Shown here one piece after another: positions 1 to 30,305 of a stretch of DNA of 64,000 nucleotides; position 1 is the stretch's first letter; each line of letters starts with the position of its first letter. Source of the stretch: Gekko japonicus (taxonomy: Eukaryota); contig NW_015164664.1 of the NCBI RefSeq assembly GCF_001447785.1, positions 1,703,792-1,767,791 of the forward strand, read 5' to 3'. The position numbers were made by a program, and so were the translations under genes. Under the pieces are notes generated by a model, which saw only the letters and a list, made by a program, of their open reading frames with translations, did no database searches and was not told where the DNA came from.

Positions 1-429
1 TTGTGCATTAGTGCTTTGGCCAGCTAATGCGTCACTGCAGCTTGGGGTCTTCCAGGTAGAGGTTGGTTGCAAAGGGGCACTAGTAGAAGGCCAGAAACAG
101 ACTCTCACTTTCTGCTGGTACAGCCTCTGCTATTGTGGCAATAAAACTGCAGGTCTGTGCCCAAAGCCACAACCCCACCCCAGCTGCACACAGCTGCCAG
201 GTCAGGGGCAGTGCACAAGGCGGGCCCGAAGAGGTACCCCATATGGACAAGGCCTGCTGCCACCTGCAAAATGTCCAGTAGCTAATTCCTTCCTGACCTT
301 GAATGTCATTTCAGAATCATTCCAGTCACTTCCCATTCCCCCACTTTCCACCTGGGAAGACTTTACACAAGGCACTGGACTTGCAGCAAAGCCCTCTGCA
401 ATTCCTTGCCACTCAGAAGTCTTGAGGAA

Positions 430-600
430 AAGAAACTGGTAAGCAAAAACAAAGGAGCACAGCGACACAAGGGACAAACACAAGAGGAAAGTCCAGATGA
501 GTGTTAAGAGGGATGGGATAGTGAGAGGAGGAGGAGCAGGGGGGCTGTCCCTTTAAGGGGGTTGGCTGTCCACCCAAGAGCCCTTTTCTTGGCTGAGGAC
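430..600 (+). promoter_or_regulatory. PLP1: PLP1 proximal promoter
   Basis: Purine-rich tract followed by TTTAAGGGGGTTGGCTGTC (552-570) and AGCCCTTTT, as I recall for the mammalian PLP1 start region. Several ACAA(A/G)G SOX-like sites at 448-487. Lies about 160 bp upstream of the exon 1 ATG. Confidence 0.75.
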
Positions 601-728
601 AGGGCAAGAGAGAGAGAGAGTGAGTGATCCAGGGGGAAGCAGAGGGAGGCACAGAGGCAGCGGCAAAGGATTGTTCTAGTGGAAGAAAGACAGGAAAATA
701 GCGGTTGTTTTCCTGAGATCCCAAAGCA

Positions 729-18909
<18,181 letters not shown>

Positions 18910-20745
18910 ACGACGAGGGAGTCGATGTCCCATTTACAAGACGCCCTTCGTCCCCTAACGACAAGGCTTTAACCTGATGCAGTCACACTACGCCAAGCCT
19001 CCTACTCTAACTCTGCTGATTTGCCCTCCTCTTCCTCTATGCTATTTGACACTGGGTGTGTGGCAAGGGAGAAGAGACACCCCCTTCCAGCAGCAGAGCT
19101 CTTTGCACCCACGTACCTCTGATGCTATCTGGCCTCGTGGCAAAAAATTAAGAGGTCTGCAAAAGAAAAGGGATTTCCTTCCCTCAGTTTGCAAGGTGAA
19201 ATGCAGCAAATTCACTCCGGCTTTTCTGCTCCCAAAGACAAAGGATAAAGATGAAATCATGCTTGTTGTGGAAAGGTGATCCTATGAGAGAGAGAGAGGG
19301 AGGGAGAAGGAAGCACTTGGAGCTTGCTAGAGACTTCTCTTGATGCCACAGAAGATGGAACTCCCATTACTCTTTGAACAAGTGATGGAGGACACGAGAA
19401 TGAAACAAACCTTTACAGGATCCTACCCTCCACCGCCCGGGCAAGGGGTTAAGAGCAAGGATCTTCCTGACATAGGAAGAGAGCACTGACCCTGCCTCCG
19501 ATGCTACCAGATCCCTCCTTCTCTTAACCCAACCAATCTTACTGAAAGCATTGAAGGAGCTTGGTGCCCCTGCACCCAAGGGGGCCTCTTGTCTCCATAC
19601 TTTGAAAGAGAAGAGCCAGGCTGCTCTTCTTGCTTCCTCTGTGCTGCCATGTTGCTAACCAGTTGGGCAGATATTGGTGTTAGCCTAAGAGCATCTGTAA
19701 TAACCAGTAGTTTGAGTGTGTAATGCTAGAGGTGCCTTTGCTGTATGTGGAATAACTCTTTTGGACCGCACATCTGTACTATATGCCTTTTCTTTCGTAA
19801 CCAGCTGTGGAACTGAACTTTCTCCAACCTTCACAATGGTGCTCTTTTCTCCCAGTGACATTTGCTTCCATATATTCCATACACAGATGATCTTTTGCAG
19901 AATCTAATATTTGCTCTTTTGGTTCTTGTTGCTATTTGCTGTCTTCAGCTAGCTGCAGACACTTGCCACAAACATTATCTGAATCCTGAATATTTGAAAT
20001 CTCCCAGCTTTGTTAATATACAGTCAGATTTAGAGAGATTCTGGGTAATTGTCATTCCAGAAAATTGAAATGAGTTGTTAACTATGCAGAATGAACCTCA
20101 TCGTGTGCCAAATAAAAATCTGCAGGCCAAAATTTCTTTTAAGAAAAACTGGAGACACCAACATAGGACTTGGACTTCATTATGTCACTGTGCAAAGAGA
20201 ACCAGCCAGCAGGTAATCTCTGGAAGTGACACAACCAAAACATCAGAAAGCAAATGGTCCATGGCTACTAAGACTTCCTAGTTTCAGCCCTAACCTTCAC
20301 TACTTAACCACGAGTAGAGAGACCAAGGTTTGGTGCTTATCTACTGGGGAAACCAAAATCACAGTGGCGGACAGCAGGGATGCTAGAGAGAAGGAGAACA
20401 GGCCAAAATAGCCCTGAATGCTGGCCTAGATCAAACTGGTTAGGCTGTCAACACACACAGGGCAAAGGAAGGACTATGATTAGGGTGGGTAGGGGGTGGG
20501 ACAATAAGAAGCCACTCAAGATCAGGACAAGTGAAGTCACCCATATTTCGTATTTCACTTTGATTTAACTAACACATAACCAGCACCCATGTCCCCCAGC
20601 CCCCTCACTCTCCCCAAGAAATACAGGAAAAAATAGTTAATAAGCTGAAAGTGTTTTCATCATTCTGATTTTGAATTTCAACTTTTTAACAAAGCATAAA
20701 AGATCATGTTTTTAGAGACTTATCTTACAAGGTGTATTTTATAAA

Positions 20746-20760
20746 ATTAAAGAAAATAAA
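20746..20760 (+). terminator. PLP1: Probable distal PLP1 polyadenylation signals (ATTAAA, AATAAA 20755-20760)
   Basis: Tandem signals about 1.85 kb after the stop, followed by a U/GU-rich stretch near 20792-20810. Confidence 0.65.
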
Positions 20761-23029
20761 ATTCAAGAATGTCTGAACACACACACGGACATTTTGCTTG
20801 CTTGTCTTGTCCATTTGACATCACCCATTGCAGCGTGCTCTACAGATTCTTACAGGGTTGGTAAGCTTTTTATGTTACATGGACTGAACTAGAGGGAGAC
20901 AAAAACTGCCTGGAGTTGAATCTAAGAGCCACCTCCAAGAGGCAGAATTCTACAGGGTCCTTTTCCAGTGCTAAGACTTACAAGGGGCCATCCTTATCAC
21001 TATTACTTGCACTACTGCAGTGTCTGTTAGTAGTATTAGAAACCACCACTAAAGCTGTCTTCTTCCACTATAATGGATGGGGAAGTGCCTTTGCTCCTGA
21101 GGACAGCTGCACTCCTAACCCTCAGTTTTAAAAAAACCCACATCCCCCACTAGTGTATAGAACCAGAGAAAAGGCTTCAGAGAATTGAATGGGGAAAAAA
21201 ATACTGTTTCAAAAGTTACAAGATGGCAGGGTATTGATGCAGGGGGAGGAGACTTGCTGGTGTTTTGAAGGGCTACATGAACATTCCAGTGATACAACTC
21301 TGGAACAATCCACTTCTAAAGACATTTCACAAAAGGGTGTCAGTGTTACGCTAGAGTGTTGCTGCTCACCCATGATGTCACAGGCACTAGCCAATTGCGG
21401 GCATATCTGCTGTTTTGACTGCTATACAGCAACACACTGTAAAAACTGGGTGGAACTGACAGTGTATCCTAGCAACAAAATGTTTTTGTCCTGTGGTGAT
21501 AAAATGTGAGAGACCCTCAAGAGAAGTGTGAGATGATCCTGCTTAGTTCTTCTTCAATAGGGTATGTAAACATTCCCCAGCCTGTTATCACATGACTGAC
21601 GAATCTGAAGGCCCTCCCCAAAATGAAAATGCTCTGCTCCCTTCTGCCCGGCTCCTGTCCTGTCCCACCCCATCTTCCAGCCCTGATCTCCGTACTTAGC
21701 ACCCACGCCAATAGGAACGTGTGGGTCTATCAATCGAGCACATTGTCCACAGCTCTCCCACATACCACAACCATTCTTTCTCTACACTGAAAGGACCCTG
21801 TGGGTGTTAAGATCGGCTGAGGATCAGGAACAAGCCACGTAAACAAGGCCGGCTCTCTCACTGCCAAACCAGGCTGCTCCACTCCCCGGGGGGGGCAGGG
21901 CGGGGTCAGGGCAGCCTCAATAGCACCAAGGGAATGCATGGAAGGCCAGGGTTGCTTCAGAGCCAAGACTGGCTCCTGTGCTTCAAGCAGGGAGAAGAAG
22001 GTGTTGAAGGAGCACCAGCAAGGTTTCTCAGGGGACAGAGGCCAGCACCAAAATAAAAGAAGTGGCACATCAATCGGCCCAGAGGATACAAGGTATGGTG
22101 GGCAGAAACACGATGCAGCGCCCAAACTGAAGGTCTCCTGCAAATCCCCTCTCTCCCCACTCCACCGCACACCATTTTGAGCTCAATAATGGAGGAATAT
22201 AAATTTAACAGATAACACTGTCCTATGTCACTTCCATGCCCGCAAGCAGACGGCTTCCTAGTTTAAACAGTGACAATCACACCCCACTCTGTTGTGGGCC
22301 TCACGGCTATCTGTACAGAATGATTCCCAGAGCTGCAAGTATTGCACTTGAATACAGTGTACAGCTCATCAGGTACCTTCAGGCTGAAAGAGGCAGATAA
22401 TTATCCCAAATTAATGTTTTGCGGTTTCAGCATCTTCTAGATTCCTGCACCAGAACCTACCATGATGCAATAAAATAATCAACATATCTTGGGGTTATGG
22501 TTTTAGCTCTACTGCTGTAGCAAAGCCCAACAGCCTTCAGTTGCCTAGCAAACAGCCAGATGGCTAGAAGGTATGGGGTGTGGGGAGAGAAATGTAGGGG
22601 CTAATTACTTAGTGGGGTTAATCACATGAATTCAGAGTAAAATTCTTCCTAGGGGTAACACCATCGCTCCTCAGTTGACAAAAAGACAAGCCAATTCAGT
22701 GAAAAATGTAACTGCAACAAGATGCCTGGAATGAGAAAAAAGCAAAAAGGCTTAAGCCAAGAAGGTCTACCTCCATTTAAGTGGAATGGTGGAACTTCAC
22801 CCGCCTCAGATGTTTTGATCAGCCAACAGTTATGTCCTGGAGTTGTATTAAAAAAAGGCTCTGAGATATCCAGTGGACTCAACCCCACATTGAATGTAGT
22901 GTTTTCTAGCTCCAGACCCTGATCTTCAATCTCCTCCTTGTGGTTAGAATGAGTATCTAATCCTCCTTGTTCAAAGCACAAATCCACCAGGAACCCTCTA
23001 GCACACAGTGGTACTGAACGGATGGTCCA

Positions 23030-23490
23030 TAAGGAACAGTGAACATACAGCAACCCCTGCTGGATCAGACTAGCGCTCCATCTGGTGTAGCGTCCTGTTT
23101 CCCACAGTGGCCAAATGCCCCAGAAGGCCTATAAGCAGGTCATGAAAACCAAACCTCCTCCTATAGATGACCCCATCAACTGATATTCAGAGAGTTACTG
23201 CCTCAAACATCTCAGTTCCCATTAGACATCATGACTCAACCACTGATATCCTCAAGGAATGTGCGTAATCTTTCAATTACACAATGCACGAAGTAGTATT
23301 TTGTTTGTCTTGAACCTACTGCTCATCAGTGTCATTCGGCGCCTGTATATTCTAGTATCATGGGAGAGGGAGATAGTTCTCGGTACCCATTTTCTATGTA
23401 CTCTGTGGAATCATGTCATGTCCCCTAGCCAACTTAAAAAAAAACAAAAACTAAATAGCCCCAGAAGGTGCTCCAAACTCTTGAAGCACC
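23030..23490 (-). mobile_element. CR1-type LINE 3' fragment
   Basis: CCCTGCTGGATCAGACTA..TCCATCT.GT..AGC.TCCTGTTTCCCACAGTGGCCA and downstream CR1-like sequence. Confidence 0.6.
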
Positions 23491-23740
23491 CAGAGTGTGA
23501 AATCTAACAGCATCCATCTCCCATGAAGCTTTTACTTCCACCTGTTCTCCATCCTGGATCTCAATGGAAGGAGGCACCCAAGACTACTCCACTGCTAGCT
23601 CTTGGCTGCAACCACAGAGGCAGGTATCAGGCACACCTGGTGCAACTGGCTGTGGTTTCTCATGGATCTGCATCATGTGCTCTTTTCATGAACAAAAACA
23701 CAAGGAAGGACGTTTATCATTTCCTTAAATACATTCACAT

Positions 23741-23746
23741 TTTATT
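23741..23746 (-). terminator. RAB9B: Candidate RAB9B polyA signal (AATAAA on minus strand)
   Basis: TTTATT on plus, about 2.7 kb past the RAB9B stop, in AT-rich UTR-like sequence. Confidence 0.5.
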
Positions 23747-24884
23747 GGTTTCAACAAGTCTCAGTCTTGCTTCTTAACATTCCTGGCTCCTCTAAAGTGC
23801 AGGAGCACCCATGGGAGAGTCACAAAGAGAGAAGAGAATCTCTGGTCGGGTGAAGCAAGCAATTGGGAACAAGGGCTCGCAAAGCAAGATCCTCAGCCTT
23901 GTGTCTCTCAATAGACATCAGTTGCGCTCTGAAATAAATTATTAAGCACTAAAAATGTTAGATTTTTTTAAAAAAAAGAATGTAAAAATACACAGGCCCA
24001 ACAAAATATTAGATCTGGACATAAAGGGAAACATCTAGTAAGTGAAGGTGCCAAACTATATGCTTCTGAGTTAACAAAGTATTAGCACACATGGTTCAGT
24101 TCACATAACTGGACATCTTCCCACTTCTGTCAACACGCACTGAACAACCCATTCTGTGCACTGTCCCACAGCAACTGCCTCCCTTTCTTTTGTGGAGACA
24201 CCACAGGTCATAGCCCAGAAGGTGGCATGTGTCAAAACAGCACCCAACAAGGTCTGCCAGAAAAGAAGTTTTGGCCTCACCAGCACTTGGGCCGCTTCAG
24301 AAACTAGCCCTGCTCAGCTTCCAATTGCAACCAGCATTTAAGATGGGTAACCTATTCCTAAGAGCAAAGAAGAAGACAGAAGATGAGAGACCAGCGGTTT
24401 CTGAGGTTGGAGAGGGCAGTTCAGAGTCATACACACAAACTTGTCACTTATTTGCAACAGGAAGGGATCTCTGGTCTCAGCCCTTTTAAGCAAAAAAAAC
24501 CCCTCTGTAATAGCTTTGCACCTACAGGTGTATTCTTCCATGCAAGGACGGGCTACAATTTCCAGGAGTTCCTGCAGAGGGGGCACGCCTATCACTCAGC
24601 ATTTTAATGGTCGATTTATGGCACTAATTGTGCAGAGCAGAACAAGAAGGGAATCAAGTTACAACTTACAAGCTACCAAGCAAATGCAGCCACAGCTTAG
24701 CAGGATATGGCGAGATGAGGGACCCCAGTGGCTGTGACTCCTACAGCTGTTCTGAGGCCTTGGCAGGGTAATTCTCTCCTAGGACAGCTGCTGCGTTTCT
24801 GCTCCACTACATTAGGCATAATTCAAGGCTGTAGGGGGAACGCAGCTGACCTGAGGACACTGATTCATGGGTTGTGGCTCAGAG

Positions 24885-25021
24885 TTTCCTGTATAAAGCA
24901 GAAGTCTGGTGGCACCTTAAATGCTAACATTTATTCAAGCGTGTTCGTCTGTAAGGTGCCACTTGACTTCTGTTTTTAGTTTGCTACAGCAGAGCAGACT
25001 AACATGGCTACCTCTCTGGAA
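24885..25021. mobile_element. Penelope-derived inverted fragment
   Basis: GCAGAAGTCTGGTGGCACCTTA / TAAGGTGCCACTTGACTTCTGT arms; ends GACTAACATGGCTACCTCTCTGGAA. Confidence 0.6.
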
Positions 25022-26424
25022 TTTCCCCTTCCCATCTATAGCCCCACCAGTTTCAAGGTCCACTTGAAAGCTGTCCCCAAACTTTGCAACAAAGTGTGTA
25101 AGAAGGAACACAGCAGGGGCTTGGATGTTCCTCTCCCATCACAGCGTGCCCAAGACCAAAACAATGCCGAAAGGCAGCAGGTCCTGAAGAAAGCTTGAAT
25201 GACCCCCACTCTTTCCCCCAGGGGAAATGAGTTNNNNNNNNNNNCCCCCAGGGGAAATGAGTTAGTAAGCACAAAGCCTAGCTTGAAGAAGGCATGGGTT
25301 CTGTTCAGACACCACAAAGAAACCCAGTCGCTGAGGAACCTTCAAAGCACCCCTGGTAATTCTATTCCTATCAGAGAGAGGAGGATGCTGGGAAACTGCC
25401 ATAGGGACAACCACATAAGATCCATATCTGGGATCTAATGCTTTGCTTGCCAGGAAAATCTGACTGTCTTTTCTGAGAGGCGACGCAGAGGCTCCACGTG
25501 GGGATGCCCCAAACTGCAGGTAGACAAGCAGCACTTCCAGGCAAGGAAGAAGCTACAGGCATCTCCTTCACACACAGGACAGGAATGATGCCCAGAGCCT
25601 GCCACATTGACACACACACACAGCTCCCTTTTCAAAGGCCCAGTGTTCTGACAACTTTGCAGTGCAGGCCACAGAGTGCTGCTCACGACAGCCATTCTCT
25701 GCCCAACATGTTCCAGAGAGACTAGAGAAGGCTGGTGCTTCCTACAGCGAGGCAGAGGGAACAAGCTAGAAAGGGCAAGGTGGGGTGGGAAAGAGATAAA
25801 AGAGTGTGTGTGGGGGGTCTAGCCTCTGTTCCCGGCAACACAACTACCACTGCCCTGTGAGATGCCAGGATGCAAACAACTGTACCTCTAAGCAGAGTCT
25901 CCTGCTCACCCTGGGCATGCATGTACCCACATACACACACAGGCCCTAAGCCTCCCCTAGAAGCCCTCCCTCTCACAATTCTTTCACTCCCACTCAAGTC
26001 CCCATACAATAAAGCCAAACTGTAGGGTTGTCACTCCTGTGCTCAGCACCACCGGAACAGTTCACGGCTAGGGAACTTTGGATCAGCTCCCTTTTTTTGC
26101 TCTCTTGTTGGCTTCCCCCAGTAACCTTAGGAACATCCTGAAGGGCAACAGAATACAATTTTCCAGTTCAGAAAATACTTTGTGGAATGTCTACAGTGCT
26201 TGCCACACACCTCACTGGCAGCTCTAGCCCATACAACGAACTATAACTCTATTTGATTTGGTGTTGTGCCCAATATATTAGGTATGCAAAACAGAAGAAT
26301 GGCTACCTCCAGCTGTCCCTGGGCCTCCCGCCTGCCCTTTCTGACTACATTCTAAGGGCCTCCTCCAGAACCTCTACCGCAGGGTGGCTGGTTCAAGGAT
26401 CTGGTTTCTGTTGCACGGTTGCTC

Positions 26425-27030
26425 TCAGCAGCAAGAAGACCCCGACTTGGTGTTGGAGTGAAGGTCAATGGTGTGGCCCAGCAAACAGTGCTCCAGCTGC
26501 TCCTCCACGGCCAACACCTGCCGAACAGCTTCCTCAAAGGCCACGGCCACATTTGTGTCATCCTTGGCACTGGTCTCCAGATACGGATAATTTCCATTTT
26601 CCAAGCACCAGGCTTGGGCTTCTTCGGTGGTCACCTGCCTCTCCACCTTGTCTATCTTGTTGCCCAGCACAACGAAAGGGAAGTGGTCAGGATCCTTCAC
26701 GTTGGCATAACAGATAAATTCCTTCTGCCAGTGGCCCAGGTTCTCAAAGCTCTGGCGGTCGTCTACACTGAAGGTCAATAGGCAGCAGTCCGCCCCCCTG
26801 TAAAAGGGGGTCCGCAAGCTCTTGAAGCGCTCCTGGCCCGCCGTGTCCCAAATCTGGAGGGTCACAAAGCGCCCGTCCACTTCCAAGTCCCGGTTGAGGA
26901 ACTCCACCCCAATGGTGTGGAAAGCTTGAGAGTCAAACTTGTTGGTGACGTAGCGGTTCATGAGGGAGCTCTTCCCAACGCCACCATCGCCCAGGAGAAT
27001 CACCTTCAGCAGCAGCGACTTCCCACTCAT
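26425..27030 (-). CDS. RAB9B: Ras-related protein Rab-9B, single coding exon, 201 aa
   Basis: MSGKSLLLKVILLGDGGVGKSS (P-loop), WDTAGQE, GNKID, ETSAK and a C-terminal CC prenylation motif. Start ATG at 27030 in GCCATG context. Convergent with PLP1, as in mammals. Confidence 0.97.
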   Translation of the reverse strand: MSGKSLLLKVILLGDGGVGKSSLMNRYVTNKFDSQAFHTIGVEFLNRDLEVDGRFVTLQIWDTAGQERFKSLRTPFYRGADCCLLTFSVDDRQSFENLGHWQKEFICYANVKDPDHFPFVVLGNKIDKVERQVTTEEAQAWCLENGNYPYLETSAKDDTNVAVAFEEAVRQVLAVEEQLEHCLLGHTIDLHSNTKSGSSCC

Positions 27031-27229
27031 GGCAACGGCCTGCAACAAGGAGACCCACAGAGTTCAGGCGAAGCAGTGGGGTGGTTGAGGGGGGTTTGCA
27101 CACTCCCCTGACAGGAAAGGGAGCAGAGAAGAGGGTAAGGGCAACTCCTGGGCAGGGGAAGGGGACACGACACAGCTGGTCTCTCCAGGTTCTCCAGGGA
27201 TGACCAACCCAAGGAGGCTTCCTCATCCC

Positions 27230-28200
27230 CACTCCTTTCCACGGGGTCCCAGTCTGTCTTTGGAAGGAGAGAGGCGCAGCTCGGCGGGAGGCACGACAGG
27301 GCGTGTCCAGGGCGGGGTACGACCCCAGAGGCAAGGAGGCGCAGCCACAAAGGCTCCATCCGCTCGCTGGAAAGCACGGCACGGGGTGTGCGCTTCCCGC
27401 CTTCACCCGATGCAGAGTCCGGGGCGCGGGCGGCAGGACCGCAGAGCAGGTCCCAGCCCAGAGGCCCGGGGGATCGGCTGCTCCGCCCTCACGTTCTAGC
27501 TGACAGCGGAGACGTGGCACAGGCATGATGCTTCAGCCCAAGGACTGGGATTCTCCCCCCCNNNNNNNNNNNNNNNNNNNNCGGGGCGGCTCTCGGATGC
27601 GCAGCTCCTCCGCTCTCCCCGGCTGTCCAGCAGCAGCGGCAGCCGGGCGGGCCCCGACGAGGCCGGTTCACCCCCTACGCATGCGCTGGCCGCATGCGGC
27701 GCCCCGAGCGAGCTCCGACAGCCTCTGTCGGCTTCTGTCACTCCGAGAAGGGGGAGGGGCTCCCCAGGCCACGCCTCCTCGCCCCGCCCGGGAATAGGGA
27801 GCAGCAGGTGCGCTGTCGCCTTGGCTTGGTGACTGACTGGCCGCGGTTTCTCCAGTGCCGCTCCTTCGGGAAGTCTGCATCCGCGTATGGCTTTCTATAC
27901 AGGGGGTGGTGCTCTGGCCCTCGGATCCACCGCCCCAAGGGGCCTCCCCGCACGCAGATGGAGAGACCGACTAGCCTTCTCGGAAGGGGGGTGGGGCAAG
28001 GAGGGGCCTCTGGGGCAACCGGCCCTTTGGGTGGCCTGCGTACTCCTCCGACCCCTTAAGGAGGCACCTGGCCAAGCTTTGGGCTAGGCGAGGGCCGGAG
28101 ATGAAGCAGTAAGGAGCCGGGCTGGACCCCGCCCAGCGCCACACTGGCCTCCCGCTCCCGGGTGTTCTTGGCCTTTTCCTGCCTCTGAACGTGCCATGTG
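27230..28200 (-). promoter_or_regulatory. RAB9B: CpG island / RAB9B promoter with tandem NRF1-like motifs
   Basis: Dense CpG. CGCATGCGC at 27678-27686 and CGCATGCG at 27691-27698. GC boxes. Confidence 0.7.
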
Positions 28201-30213
28201 GGTCTCTTCATGTACGGGCGTGTTTGTGGGACGAAAAGGCTGGCGCACAGTGGGTTGCAGTTAGGGCTGTCAACCTCCAGGCGGGGCCTGGAGTTCCCCT
28301 GGAAGTACAACTGATCTCCAGATGACAGAGATCTGTTCCGCTGGAGAAAATGGCTGCTTTGGGTGGTAGACTCTATGGCATTATACCCTGCTGAGGTCCC
28401 TCCCCAAATCCTGCCCTTTCCTAAAAAGGTAAAAGTTCCCTTGCTCGAAAGCCAGTCGAGTCCAACTCTAGGGTTGCGGTGCTCATCTCCATTTCAAAGC
28501 CAAAGAGCCAGCGCTGTCCAAAGATGTTTCCGTGGTCATGTGGCCGGCATGACTAAACACCAAGGTGCACTGAACGCTGTTACCNNNNNNNNNNNNNNNN
28601 NNNNNNNNNNNNNNNNNNNNNNNNNNNNNNNNNNNNNNNNNNNNNNNNNNNNNNNNNNNNNNNNNNNNNNNNNNNNNNNNNNNNNNNNNNNNNNNNNNNN
28701 NNNNNNNNNNNNNNNNNNNNNNNNNNNNNNNNNNNNNNNNNNNNNNNNNNNNNNNNNNNNNNNNNNNNNNNNNNNNNNNNNNNNNNNNNNNNNNNNNNNN
28801 NNNNNNNNNNNNNNNNNNNNNNNNNNNNNNNNNNNNNNNNNNNNNNNNNNNNNNNNNNNNNNNNNNNNNNNNNNNNNNNNNNNNNNNNNNNNNNNNNNNN
28901 NNNNNNNNNNNNNNNNNNNNNNNNNNNNNNNNNNNNNNNNNNNNNNNNNNNNNNNNNNNNNNNNNNNNNNNNNNNNNNNNNNNNNNNNNNNNNNNNNNNN
29001 NNNNNNNNNNNNNNNNNNNNNNNNNNNNNNNNNNNNNNNNNNNNNNNNNNNNNNNNNNNNNNNNNNNNNNNNNNNNNNNNNNNNNNNNNNNNNNNNNNNN
29101 NNNNNNNNNNNNNNNNNNNNNNNNNNNNNNNNNNNNNNNNNNNNNNNNNNNNNNNNNNNNNNNNNNNNNNNNNNNNNNNNNNNNNNNNNNNNNNNNNNNN
29201 NNNNNNNNNNNNNNNNNNNNNNNNNNNNNNNNNNNNNNNNNNNNNNNNNNNNNNNNNNNNNNNNNNNNNNNNNNNNNNNNNNNNNNNNNNNNNNNNNNNN
29301 NNNNNNNNNNNNNNNNNNNNNNNNNNNNNNNNNNNNNNNNNNNNNNNNNNNNNNNNNNNNNNNNNNCAGAGGAAGAGTCAACAGCCAACACTCGTCTCCT
29401 CTAACTGAAATCTCTCCCCAACACTGCACCAACTGAATTCAAACTGCCCGCTTAGCCCCACATCACCACTAGGGGACTGTTATGACTACTTTCGTCGCCA
29501 TTGAGGTGACGTCAGAGCCTGGTGGTATGGCTTTCTATACAGGGGGTGGTGCTCTGGCCCTCGGATCCACCGCCCCAAGGGGCCTCCCCGCACGCAGATG
29601 GAGAGACCGACTAGCCTTCTCGGAAGGGGGGTGGGGCAAGGAGGGGCCTCTGGGGCAACCGGCCCTTTGGGTGGCCTGCGTACTCCTCCAACCCCTTAAG
29701 GAGGCACCTGGCCAAGCTTTGGGCTAGGCGAGGGCCGGAGATGAAGCAGCAAGGACCCCGCCCAGCGCCACACTGGCTTCCCGCTCCTGGGTGTTCTTGG
29801 TCTTTTCCTGCCTGTGAACGTGGCATGTGGGTCTCTTCATGTACGGGCGTGTTTGTGGGACGAAAAGGCTGGCGCACAGTGGGTTGCAGTTAGGGCTGTC
29901 AACCTCCAGGTGGGGCCTGGAGTTCCCCTGGAAGTACAACTGATCTCCAGATGACAGAGATCTGTTCCGCTGGAGAAAATGGCTGCTTTGGGTGGTAGAC
30001 TCTATGGCATTATACCCTGCTGAGGTCCCTCCCCAAATCCTGCCCTTTCCTAAAAAGGTAAAAGTTCCCTTGCTCGAAAGCCAGTCGAGTCCAACTCTAG
30101 GGTTGCGGTGCTCATCTCCATTTCAAAGCCAAAGAGCCAGCGCTGTCCAAAGATGTTTCCGTGGTCATGTGGCCGGCATGACTAAACACCAAGGTGCACT
30201 GAACGCTGTTACC
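27885..30213. repeat. About 0.7-kb direct duplication (27885-28584 and 29525-30213) flanking an assembly gap at 28585-29366
   Basis: Near-identical copies differing by several substitutions and one indel of about 11 bp. Confidence 0.9.
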
Positions 30214-30305
30214 TTCCCACCGAAGTGGTACCTATTTATCTACTTGCAATTTCTAGGTGCCCCCAAATCTTCAGGAAAATTCCCAACCTAGAGTTGGCAA
30301 CCCTA
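29891..30305. mobile_element. hAT-family MITE with a nested 5'-truncated Sauria SINE (30052-30254, minus); partial second copy at 28262-28584
   Basis: TIRs TAGGGCTGTCAAC / GTTGGCAACCCTA. 8-bp TSD GTTGCAGT at 29883-29890 and 30306-30313. The insert is the reverse complement of the 3' half of the SINE at 12708-13061. Confidence 0.88.

Noticed and set aside
25214-25263. Direct repeat CCCCCAGGGGAAATGAGTT around an 11-N gap
   Set aside because: Typical contig-overlap artefact.
27031-27048. MLQAVA N-terminal extension of RAB9B in the ORF track
   Set aside because: TTG start lying across a splice acceptor; the conserved start is the ATG at 27030.
28363-29436. Long ORFs of 298-357 aa
   Set aside because: Mostly N-gap translated as X, plus SINE sequence.
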